Below, in pieces: positions 27,179 to 35,552 of a DNA stretch of 64,000 nucleotides. A program made the translations under genes and the position numbers. This stretch comes from Rickettsiales bacterium (GTDB taxonomy: Bacteria; Pseudomonadota; Alphaproteobacteria; Rickettsiales; UBA3002). The notes under the pieces are model-generated. The model was not told the origin of the DNA. It saw only the letters and a list, made by a program, of their open reading frames with translations, and made no database searches. The DNA is taken from positions 11,180 through 75,179 of the forward strand of contig JANQJY010000098.1 in assembly GCA_028281385.1 (NCBI GenBank), written 5' to 3'. The stretch's first letter is position 1. Each line of letters starts with the position of its first letter.

Positions 27179-28376
27179 AAGCTGCTAGTTTCAGCAGTTT
27201 GATCGCTTCAGAGTTGACGACTTCACCGCCGACGCGTTTAACCGTATAGAATTTCACATACGGCTTATCGGTAAACGGATCGCGCAACACCTGAATGCCA
27301 ACACGGTCAACGATCAGATAGGCACGTTTGAAATCACCGATGGCGACCGATAGGCTATCCGCCGCTGCCACCGGCATATCCGCTGCGGCCTTGACCGGAA
27401 CACCCAGCAGCGTATCCGGCGTACCGGCAGCGAGGCCGGGTTGCCACAGATACTGATCGGTGGTGGATTCCTTCAACAACCGCACCACCTGAATGCTTGC
27501 ACGATTCATCAGGAAGGTCGCGTTTTTGGCATATTCATCCTTCAGACCGTAATAGAGATTAATCAGGCCATCGGCGGTGATGACCGCTGACGTACCGGAA
27601 TTAATCTGCTCGATCTGGCCAAAGCTCGTACCGGCGGTATAACTCAGGATGCCGGTCGGTTTGCCTGATCCGTCACCGGCGATGAAAGCGGTGGCTTCGA
27701 GCGTTGCGAATTTCTCGGCCACTTTTTCGGCCAGCCACGCTTCGACATCGATGCTAGCATCATCGATCAGCTTTTGCGTTGCTTTCGGAATCGCATACAT
27801 TTCATGCGTCGGAATGGTGTTTTTACCGATCTGATGCGTGGTCGTATCAGTCCGCGCCGCGGTTTCCGCCACCCAGTCCGCACCGGGCTGTTCGGTGTCT
27901 TCGATCACATCGAGGGAGTCGGTGGAGATGGTCTGTACCGATGCCAGCTCGCGCATGGGAGAGCTTTCATTGACGAGGCGCACAATGGTTTCCGACATTT
28001 CCGGCGTGACCAGATAACCGCCATCAGCCGGTGTACCGACGCTCAGCGCCTTGGTGTGTACTTGCTCGAGTCCGGCATCCATGCCTTTGCGCAGATAATT
28101 CCGGAAAGCCGCTTTATATTCATCGGCAATCTCACCGTTGACCGGCGTACCGGCCAGTTCGGTACCAGGGCGCGCATTGGCGGTTTCCATCTTATCCAGA
28201 CGCGATTTCTGATTATCAATCGCCTCATTGATCTTGGCCAGATGCTCCAAATAGAGCGGGTCGGCCGAACCCTTTTTCTCAAGCTCGGCAAGCCGGGCAT
28301 CATTGACCTGCTTCATGGTTTCCCATGCATTGCCGATCTGGTTCACCTTGTCAGTGATATCGCGTAACGAAGTCAT
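27177..28376 (-). CDS. HK97-family major capsid protein (RcGTA g5-like)
   Basis: N-terminal coiled delta-domain-like region, then ..GGYLVP.E.S..I..L..SPMR.LA.V..I.. and a C-terminus typical of TIGR01554-type capsids; start at ATG 28376. Confidence 0.92.
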   Translation of the reverse strand: MTSLRDITDKVNQIGNAWETMKQVNDARLAELEKKGSADPLYLEHLAKINEAIDNQKSRLDKMETANARPGTELAGTPVNGEIADEYKAAFRNYLRKGMDAGLEQVHTKALSVGTPADGGYLVTPEMSETIVRLVNESSPMRELASVQTISTDSLDVIEDTEQPGADWVAETAARTDTTTHQIGKNTIPTHEMYAIPKATQKLIDDASIDVEAWLAEKVAEKFATLEATAFIAGDGSGKPTGILSYTAGTSFGQIEQINSGTSAVITADGLINLYYGLKDEYAKNATFLMNRASIQVVRLLKESTTDQYLWQPGLAAGTPDTLLGVPVKAAADMPVAAADSLSVAIGDFKRAYLIVDRVGIQVLRDPFTDKPYVKFYTVKRVGGEVVNSEAIKLLKLAA

Positions 28377-28508
28377 AAAAAGTTCCTTCTTTTGGTTGGT
28401 TAATAGAGAAAATAAATTCGTGGGTTTCGATGCGCATGACAATCCTGTGACATTTCATACCCACCCTTAGCCTTACGGTTGCATTTTGCAGCGCAGCATG
28501 TTAAAAGA

Positions 28509-28534
28509 TTAACTAAATTTTAACTCTTTTTTAA
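28509..28534. promoter_or_regulatory. three phased TTAA half-sites (TTAA-N7-TTAA-N7-TTAA)
   Basis: ttaactaaattttaactcttttttaa in the divergent region between the capsid gene and the RTX gene. Confidence 0.4.
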
Positions 28535-28573
28535 CCTTTTGCCCAATGGGATTCAGATAATGCAGGCAGTATC

Positions 28574-29938
28574 ATGACTAATATTATCCATGACTCTCTA
28601 CGCTTTGATTATGGCCTGTCGCGCAATGCGCCGGAGGAGGTGATACGTTATTCGCTGAACACCGGGCTGTTCGAAGACGCATTTAACTTTGTTGACGGCA
28701 CGGATGACAATGATCAACTCACCATTGAAACCGTAGATGAATGGATGTTCGGCTTTGACGGTGATGATACGCTTCACGGTACCAGCAGTTCCGGCGACTA
28801 CATTGTATCACCACGCATGGTCGGGGGTGAAGGCCGCGATACATTTGTTATCTATGACCGTCCAAATGCTCACTATCGATACACCGACGCAGATATCGCC
28901 GATTTTCAGGTCGGGCTGGACAAGATCAATCTGGCGAATTTCTCAACACTTGCCTCCATGCACCAGCTCAGTATCAACACATATACCCAGCGTGCGTTGT
29001 ACGATACAGATCTGGTTACCTTCCGCATTACCGAAATGTTCAGTATCAATAGCGGACTAACATTGCGCGTTATCAATCTGGCCAGCGAGCGTGCACTGAA
29101 TGACAGTGATTTTATCTTCGCCTGGCAGAATGCGAATGTACCTCCTCTGCCAGTCATCGAAACGCCGGAACCTCTTCCCGAACCGGCTCCTGAACCAGAG
29201 CCGGGACCAACCTTAGAACCGGCACCTCAACCCTCTGCTCCTGATGTGATAAATTTCGTCCCTGATGAAACCATATATGGCTCCGAGGGTGCCGATGTCA
29301 TTCGTGGCAACAATCACCGCGATCTGATTTACGGTGGTCGCTCGCAATCCGATCCGGACGATGTGGGAGACACGATCATCGGCGGTACGGATGATGATTT
29401 GATCTATGCCAATGGCGGTGATGACCTTGTCTATGGTGGTGTGAATGCATCCAATACTGCTTCCGATGGAAATGACATTGCCTATGGCGGACTTGGCAAT
29501 GATACTCTTTACGGTGGTGGTCAGAATGACACTCTTTACGGTGGCGGAAACCGCTATGCACCGGATGATCAGGACGATAAAATATATGGTGGTAATGATA
29601 ATGATGAACTTTATGGCAATGGCGGCAATGACACGCTCTACGCCGGCTTAGGCAATGACTGGCTGCATGGCGGCTATGGAGATGACACCTATTATTTCAA
29701 TGCCACCGACAACAGCAATGTGATTGCTCATTTCGAAGGCGCAGGTGAATTCGGCGGTGATGTAATCGCGTTTAACATTAGCAATATCGCCTATGACAAC
29801 ATTATCAGCGTCATGACACAGCAAGGGGGAGATACCGTCATCACCCTTTCAAACCTCAGCAGTAGTTTCAATACAGCGGTTCGCATTGAAGATGTCACGC
29901 CGACACAATTCACTGCCGATGATATTTTGATCGTATAA
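28574..29938 (+). CDS. RTX (hemolysin-type Ca-binding repeat) protein
   Basis: Runs of GGxGxD nonamers (GGTDDDLIYANGGDDLVYGG..GGLGNDTLYGGGQNDTLYGG..); PEP-rich linker; C-terminus ..DDILIV. Confidence 0.85.
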   Translation: MTNIIHDSLRFDYGLSRNAPEEVIRYSLNTGLFEDAFNFVDGTDDNDQLTIETVDEWMFGFDGDDTLHGTSSSGDYIVSPRMVGGEGRDTFVIYDRPNAHYRYTDADIADFQVGLDKINLANFSTLASMHQLSINTYTQRALYDTDLVTFRITEMFSINSGLTLRVINLASERALNDSDFIFAWQNANVPPLPVIETPEPLPEPAPEPEPGPTLEPAPQPSAPDVINFVPDETIYGSEGADVIRGNNHRDLIYGGRSQSDPDDVGDTIIGGTDDDLIYANGGDDLVYGGVNASNTASDGNDIAYGGLGNDTLYGGGQNDTLYGGGNRYAPDDQDDKIYGGNDNDELYGNGGNDTLYAGLGNDWLHGGYGDDTYYFNATDNSNVIAHFEGAGEFGGDVIAFNISNIAYDNIISVMTQQGGDTVITLSNLSSSFNTAVRIEDVTPTQFTADDILIV

Positions 29939-29941
29939 CCA

Positions 29942-30565
29942 CTATAAACCAATCACCAACTGCTCCAGTCGCTCCAGCGCATGACATAGTGCAGCTATTT
30001 CCCGCGCATCCATCATGTCATCCTGAACTCGTTTCAGGACCTTTTCATTCTCTCCCTTCACCACCGTCACCTGCGCAGCATGATTCGCCGGAAAGGTCAC
30101 CAGGCTTACTTCGACCAGCTCCAGTTTTGACAGTTTGCGCACGCCCGAATCCGGATCCATATGATACCGCGTCGGCGAGTAGCCGATGCTGAGTCCCTGC
30201 ACGACGCCCTTTTTAAGCAGCGCGTAGGCTTCCCGCGCACGGGCCACTTCAAGCATGAGTTTACCTTCGACATACAACCCGTTTTCATCTTCGAACATCA
30301 CGGTGAAATAGCCAATCGGCTGGGTCATGTCATGCTGCCACAGCAGCTTGATCTGATCGACCCGCCGGCGGATCGATTCACGGAATGCGCCACGCAGCAC
30401 GATATCACGTTGGTTATCGACGACGTCAAACACGCTCGCATAACCGGCAAAATAACCGTCCTCATCGAGCGATTTAACCTCGAAATCAGCCGATAGCTGT
30501 TTTTGCGGCAGCATGCTTGGCGTCACCTTTTTTTCATAGATAGGTTGAATCATTTTATCCCTCAA
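29942..30565 (-). CDS. HK97-family prohead protease (RcGTA g4-like)
   Basis: GYFAGYASVFDVVDNQRDIVLRGAF..LWQHD..PIG..EDENGLYVEGKL..GLSIGY pattern of the S78/U35 peptidases. Confidence 0.9.
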   Translation of the reverse strand: MRDKMIQPIYEKKVTPSMLPQKQLSADFEVKSLDEDGYFAGYASVFDVVDNQRDIVLRGAFRESIRRRVDQIKLLWQHDMTQPIGYFTVMFEDENGLYVEGKLMLEVARAREAYALLKKGVVQGLSIGYSPTRYHMDPDSGVRKLSKLELVEVSLVTFPANHAAQVTVVKGENEKVLKRVQDDMMDAREIAALCHALERLEQLVIGL

Positions 30566-30590
30566 AATAAAATAGTGTGATACATATCGG

Positions 30591-30710
30591 CGCCAGGAGG
30601 CGCCGCTCTTTAGTGTGCGAAGCGCTCAGGCCCATTGCACGCGCTCGAGTTGCTGGCTGAGGCTACAACGAGAGCGGATAACAGCCAGCAGGCCGTAGCA
30701 GGGGCTTAAC
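30591..30710 (+). repeat. family-B element with a nested family-A hairpin fragment
   Basis: gccaggaggcgccg..ctttagtgtgcgaagcgctcaggcccattgc..[gttgctggctgaggctacaacgagagcggataac]..gccagcaggccgtagcaggggcttaac. Confidence 0.65.
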
Positions 30711-30723
30711 GCATACACAAACT

Positions 30724-30766
30724 GTCATCCAACTGTCATCAAGCTGACATCTTTATAGATTAAAAT
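30724..30766 (+). promoter_or_regulatory. box promoter f (gtcatccaactgtcatca, 19-nt spacer, taaaat)
   Basis: -10 at 30761..30766, 6 nt to ATG 30773 (leaderless geometry); extra TGTCA/TGACA copies nearby. Confidence 0.6.
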
Positions 30767-30772
30767 GACATC

Positions 30773-33052
30773 ATGAGTAATTCTGACGATACGATTGTTC
30801 TTCTTGGTGCACCCGTTAACTACCTCAGGACATTCTATGGTCTTTCAGAAGAACTGAGAGAAAACATCCTCGTACGAAACGCCTGCAGAGAAGCGTATGA
30901 CGGCAAGCTGAAAACCATTAAAGAAATTGAGAACTACCGGGAACACCCTACTGATCAACGCTCCAGGCTCCATACCCTGGTAAAGGAATTTGGCGAACTG
31001 GATAGTGATAATCCGCCAAAACTCGATTTCATCGGTATTCCTTTCTTTGCAGGTGGAGTGCTGGAATCCGTAAAACTCAAAGCCAATTTTACCGGAGGGA
31101 TGATCAGTAGCTCTCATCAATGGAACAATGTTACCGCCAGTGAATCCACCTTTGTGTACACGGGAATACACCCTTCTAAGATTTTCGGCGGTACCTTTGC
31201 CGGTGCCGATATGAGAGGTAGCAAGTGGATAAATAATGAGATTACAGGCACCGATTTTACCAACGCCAAGCTTGATGGTGCGGAGTTCAATGGTGTCAAA
31301 TTTGAAGGTAAAAAAGACGGTACGTTCGTATCATTCAGGAATGTTAATTTAGCCAACACAAAATTTACAGGCAAGTGCTCATTCAAGAATGTCGATTTTA
31401 TCGGTGCCACGTTTGGGGAAGAAACCTTTTCCTCCGCAAATATCGAGGTTGATAATTCATGTATATTTGGTGAGACTCCCGAAGCGGACCGTGCCGTGCG
31501 TGAAAGGCTTGGTTTCCCTAAATCTTCCGAAACAAAAGCCGCAAACACGGAAACAAAAACAGCAACAACGGTAGCGGTCCCGACTCCACCTGAACAGCCG
31601 CAAGGAAAGATAGTGACATTTCCCAACAACGGCGCCGAAGGAAACGGTACCAAATTTCCAAAACAGAATGAACCAGCTCGGGGCAGCGTTAGCATGCTCC
31701 CTATTCCCGGGAACGTGCTTGCGAACACACTTGATCTGCCCCAAGGCGTTATGGAGGATGAGTTTGTCAGGGAAGCGGCAGCAGAGCTACTTGAGCGGCA
31801 TCGGGATGGTACACCAAAACTGCTCAGCATTCCTGGTGTCAGCCATATCGTAAAGAACAAAGAACCTACCGCTGATGATATTGTAGCAGATTCCATCCAT
31901 CACCGAACGCCTCAGGCGTTGTACGATATATTAACGAGTGATGACTATACCCGCCCGGCAAAGGATGTGGAAGATGAATCCCCGGCAGAGGAAACGCCTC
32001 TCAAGCTTGACCTTATCAACCTTCATTTTAAGGGCAAAAACCCCATGCTGAATCAGGAGGATGAGGCAAATCGCAATAATATCCGGAACCGTCACATTCG
32101 CATCAATGCGACCAAATCTGTTTTTGACAACAAAGAGTTCGACCACTGTGAGTTCGACGGATCCACTCTTGTTGCCGCTACCATAAACAAGGGCTGCATA
32201 CGGGATAGTCGTCTTACCTCCATCGATGCCCGCGCTGCACAGTTTAACGATGTCATGCTCGCGCGTAATCTGTTCTCGCAATCGTTACTGGATGGCAGCA
32301 CATTCAAAGACTGTGAATTGTATAATACCCATTTCCAAAAAGGTACATCACTGAGCAAGAGTAAATTTACCGAAGATACCAAACTGATCCAATGCCAGTT
32401 TGATCAAACCCCGCTGACCAATGCCTGGTTTCATGGCACGCTCATTAATCGCTGTTCTTTCACTGATATCCATCCCAACTATAACAAAGACTGGGGAATG
32501 AAGAGCGCCACATTTACACGTGCTATCATTCAGGACAGCACATTCAAAAAATGCTACATGACGGATAATCGATTCAACTCCTCCACACTGGAGAATGTCG
32601 TTTTTGAAGACTGTCCGATGGGAGGTACCGAATTCATCAACACCACATTCAAAAATGTCGATTTCCGCGGTGCGACAGGTTTGGCTGCGGAGAGTTTTAG
32701 CTGCTATTGTACCCTTAACGAAGACTGCCAGTTTCCGCCGGAGCTGGAAGAAGCGCTGATCAAGACGGGCAAGCTAAAACGGCCAGAGCAGCAGCAGGAA
32801 GATCAGGCGAAACCGGAAGATCCACCGTCTGCTGAACCCTCCGGACCCAGACCGAAGGCAAAACGTTACGGTCACATGCAGAACGAGGACAAGAAAATAC
32901 CTCTCATTGGCCCTGACTGCGAAAAAACTCTGCGTAAGATACAGGATGACAAGGGCTCTCCTCAGTCAGAAGTGTCTGACGTCGAAGAGGGTGACAAGGT
33001 AGTCAAACTGCATTCTAACAAAGACAAGGGTGAGCCGCCAACACACAAATAA
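30773..33052 (+). CDS. pentapeptide-repeat protein (759 aa, two repeat blocks)
   Basis: A(D/N)LxG-type pentads, e.g. FAGADMRGSKWINNEITGTDFTNAKLDGAEFNGVKFEG and a second block around aa 450-650; the promoter implies a leaderless mRNA. Confidence 0.8.
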   Translation: MSNSDDTIVLLGAPVNYLRTFYGLSEELRENILVRNACREAYDGKLKTIKEIENYREHPTDQRSRLHTLVKEFGELDSDNPPKLDFIGIPFFAGGVLESVKLKANFTGGMISSSHQWNNVTASESTFVYTGIHPSKIFGGTFAGADMRGSKWINNEITGTDFTNAKLDGAEFNGVKFEGKKDGTFVSFRNVNLANTKFTGKCSFKNVDFIGATFGEETFSSANIEVDNSCIFGETPEADRAVRERLGFPKSSETKAANTETKTATTVAVPTPPEQPQGKIVTFPNNGAEGNGTKFPKQNEPARGSVSMLPIPGNVLANTLDLPQGVMEDEFVREAAAELLERHRDGTPKLLSIPGVSHIVKNKEPTADDIVADSIHHRTPQALYDILTSDDYTRPAKDVEDESPAEETPLKLDLINLHFKGKNPMLNQEDEANRNNIRNRHIRINATKSVFDNKEFDHCEFDGSTLVAATINKGCIRDSRLTSIDARAAQFNDVMLARNLFSQSLLDGSTFKDCELYNTHFQKGTSLSKSKFTEDTKLIQCQFDQTPLTNAWFHGTLINRCSFTDIHPNYNKDWGMKSATFTRAIIQDSTFKKCYMTDNRFNSSTLENVVFEDCPMGGTEFINTTFKNVDFRGATGLAAESFSCYCTLNEDCQFPPELEEALIKTGKLKRPEQQQEDQAKPEDPPSAEPSGPRPKAKRYGHMQNEDKKIPLIGPDCEKTLRKIQDDKGSPQSEVSDVEEGDKVVKLHSNKDKGEPPTHK

Positions 33053-33142
33053 TATGATGACAGGACAACCGGGACACGCAGCCTGAGGCTCTTGATTAGC
33101 GTTCCGATCCCCCCTGATTTCGGCGAAGGTACGATGGCCGAT

Positions 33143-33571
33143 TTAAATCGACGGGCCACCTTTCTTTTCTGCTGATTTTTTGCAGACCTCGTTTGCTTTA
33201 TGGGCCATTTCACTTCCTACACTAAATACAGTAACTTCCTTTTCATCCTTCTTACGAACCTTCGAGCTTTTTCCTTTGACACTATCACCACTGACACATA
33301 TGCCTTCAGCCCTACCTATTGTAATGTTAAATTCATCATACTCAGAGTTATTTATTACAGCCCTCAGAGAGGAAATATTGGGAAACGGATCATTCCACTC
33401 TTGTGTACTTTTCTGACAAGCTTCATTTACTTTATTGAGAAATTCAGATATTCCTTCAGTTCCCTTAGGCAGATTAAATTTAGGGGTTACACCTCCATTC
33501 GTACAGATGCTTTGCCCCATCTTTAAATCATCTTTACCTTGTTCGTATATATGAATTTTCGCATCTGTCAT
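33143..33571 (-). CDS. hypothetical protein (142 aa), A+T-rich
   Basis: ORF with GGGAGA RBS; box promoter at 33618..33660 overlaps the portal stop. Confidence 0.45.
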   Translation of the reverse strand: MTDAKIHIYEQGKDDLKMGQSICTNGGVTPKFNLPKGTEGISEFLNKVNEACQKSTQEWNDPFPNISSLRAVINNSEYDEFNITIGRAEGICVSGDSVKGKSSKVRKKDEKEVTVFSVGSEMAHKANEVCKKSAEKKGGPSI

Positions 33572-33617
33572 GATGTTATCTCCCTTGTTTGTTTATATAT
33601 TATCTATTATTAGCAGG

Positions 33618-33660
33618 ACAATATGACCGTTTGATGACCATTGTATGACAGCTTTATGAA
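33618..33660 (-). promoter_or_regulatory. box promoter g (ttcataaagctgtcatac, 19-nt spacer, tattgt)
   Basis: Box at 33643..33660 overlaps the portal stop codon region; upstream of 33143..33571. Confidence 0.5.
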
Positions 33661-34955
33661 TCATGCACTTCCCGTTTCATCCCGACCATGGCGCGTTTTT
33701 CGTCATCGCTCAGGAAATCGGCGTCTTTGGCACGTTCCCACAGATGATCGCGACGCAGGCTCAGTGCCGGTATGTTATCCAGATCGGCCGTCAGCCGAAG
33801 TTCATTACCGAACATCGGCGCCAGCCAGCCATTGAGCGCATCGGTCACCTGGCCGAGCAGCGGAATCACCGTCTGCTCCCACAGCGCCAGCCGTGCTTCG
33901 GCGAGGTTTGCATAGGTATTATCGCCCGGAATACCGAGCAATTGCGGCGGCACGCCGAAGGCCAGCGCAATATCTCTGGCGCTCGAATGTTTAGCGTCAA
34001 TAAAATCCATATCCTTAGGGCTCAGGCTCATTTCCTTCCAGTCGAGTCCACCTTCGAGCAATAACGGCCGTCCGGCATTTTCCGGACCGGAAAACTGCGC
34101 ATCAACCTGGTCTTTCACGCGCGCATATTGTTCTTCACTCAGACGTCCGCCCTGCTCTTTCATATTCACCACCAGCGCACCGGACGGCCGCGCTCCGTTT
34201 TGCAGCAATGCCTGATTCCAGGCGCCTGCCTGATTATGCTGATCGATCGAATAGGCCGCCGCTTCTACGGCGGATAATCCATACCAGTCATCCAGCGGGT
34301 GGAACTGTTTCAGATGCAGAATGCGTGACTGGCCTGTCAAGCGATCGACCGGGAAATCGGTGACCTGATCACCTACCGCGTAACGATAGCCTTTGGGCAT
34401 GCCCGCCTTGCCGGCGATCACCTGCACGCGGTCCGGGCGTAGCGCATACAGCTCCAGCGGCGCATCGCCTTTCGGTCCGACGGCCTGAATAAAGGCATTG
34501 CCGGAGATCAGTTGATAGGCATACAGCGCGTTGAAAAACTCTGCGCGTCCCTGCAGCGGATTCGGCCTGCGGATCAACCGCATCAACGGGTGAGGCGCTT
34601 CTGCAGTATTAAGTTTGAACGACACACTGGCCGCTGCGGTGGCAATCATATCAATCGCACGATGGGCCACCACATTTTTGCGGTAGGCTTCATCGGCGAA
34701 TTTCACGTAATCACGCCGCATCCATACCGGTTTGCCCGGCTGTTGCAGCATGCTTTGCGCGCCCAGCAGAAAGGAGGGGAAAATGGAGGATTTCGTGCTC
34801 GAGCGGTCGGCTGAGGCCGGAGCGAGAGCGGAAGATCCCGTGCTCGAGCGGTCGGCGGAGGGCGAAGCGACGGCGGAAGATGATTTTTCGCTTGTCAATC
34901 CCTCTTGATTATTCGCGCCGAACAAACGCGCCAACATGCCATGTCTGCGTACCAT
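33654..34955 (-). CDS. HK97-family phage portal protein (RcGTA g3-like) carrying an in-frame repeat insertion near the N-terminus
   Basis: ..YRKNVVAHRAIDMIA..GNAF...V....G.P.ELY.LRPDRV.V...G....Y.Y.. and the C-terminal ..PGDNTYANLAEARLALWEQT.. portal pattern; aa about 25-55 are encoded by two family-A units. Confidence 0.9.
   Translation of the reverse strand: MVRRHGMLARLFGANNQEGLTSEKSSSAVASPSADRSSTGSSALAPASADRSSTKSSIFPSFLLGAQSMLQQPGKPVWMRRDYVKFADEAYRKNVVAHRAIDMIATAAASVSFKLNTAEAPHPLMRLIRRPNPLQGRAEFFNALYAYQLISGNAFIQAVGPKGDAPLELYALRPDRVQVIAGKAGMPKGYRYAVGDQVTDFPVDRLTGQSRILHLKQFHPLDDWYGLSAVEAAAYSIDQHNQAGAWNQALLQNGARPSGALVVNMKEQGGRLSEEQYARVKDQVDAQFSGPENAGRPLLLEGGLDWKEMSLSPKDMDFIDAKHSSARDIALAFGVPPQLLGIPGDNTYANLAEARLALWEQTVIPLLGQVTDALNGWLAPMFGNELRLTADLDNIPALSLRRDHLWERAKDADFLSDDEKRAMVGMKREVHDS
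34796..34880 (+). repeat. two short family-A units inside the portal CDS
   Basis: gtgctcgagcggtcggctgaggccggagcgagagcggaag.. occurs twice; read antisense as ..SADRSST.. Confidence 0.85.
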
Positions 34956-35004
34956 AGAAATACCTCATTGATTAGTGAGTGTTAGTGGGTGGGTGTTAAT
35001 GGTT

Positions 35005-35046
35005 GTCATCCCGTGGAGCCGGTGAGTAAACCGGTGAGCACGGGAT
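35005..35046 (+). repeat. GTCATCCCG-type REP-like hairpin (nested)
   Basis: gtcatcccgtg gagccggtgagtaaaccggtgag cacgggat. Confidence 0.55.
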
Positions 35047-35108
35047 CCATCTATCCACGGGAGCATATGTTTCTGAGGCGATTCAGGAGAATCGCCGGAT
35101 GGTGCCTA

Positions 35109-35256
35109 TGCTCGAGCGGTCGGCTGAGGCCGGAGCGAGAGCGGAAGGTCCTGTGCTCGAGCGCTCGGCTGTGCATGAGTCGTTGGCTGAGGCCACGACG
35201 AATGCGGATGACTTGTCCGGCGCGAGAGCGAAAGAAGCGATCAGAGCGACGGTGAA
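35109..35256 (+). repeat. intergenic array of family-A units (short plus hairpin variants)
   Basis: ctcgagcggtcggctgaggccggagcgagagcgg.. then ..gagtcgttggctgaggccacgacgaatgcggat.. Confidence 0.85.
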
Positions 35257-35457
35257 ATCTCACCCAATTTCTTGACCCTACATTTATGTTTATACGCCCC
35301 TGTTCCACCCTCCGGAAGTCATAAAATGTAAAAAAATGACACACGGATGCAGAAAAATATTGAACTTCTTGTTTTTTAATAATAAATTGTATAAACGTAA
35401 TGGGCTACTTCGTCGCGGGATGACAGCTTCACATTTTCTTAAGAAAAATGCGCTATC

Positions 35458-35475
35458 GTCATAAAACCGTCACAT
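35458..35475 (+). promoter_or_regulatory. box h (gtcataaaaccgtcacat), no convincing -10
   Basis: Box only; upstream of the weak ORF 35553..35867. Confidence 0.3.
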
Positions 35476-35552
35476 TTTTTTAGTAAGATGAGGATGGGAG
35501 AAATATAAATGCGGACCATCCGCACATAACAAGAAATTAGGGAAGTAAATTA

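Noticed and set aside
28447-28464. Half-matches to the box upstream of the capsid gene (ggtatgaaatgtcacagg), the portal gene (35415..35441, aatgtgaagctgtcatcc), g14 (8545..8562, ttcactgtatttcacatt) and 44361..45653 (45724..45741, ttcataaagatttaacac)
   Set aside because: Only one half-site is conserved in each, or the spacing to a TAnnnT hexamer is wrong. They were not counted among the 14 sites and might be degenerate or non-functional.
31117-31896. 259-aa minus-strand ORF inside the pentapeptide-repeat gene
   Set aside because: It is antisense to an ORF with a clear pentapeptide periodicity, and has no start context or motifs.
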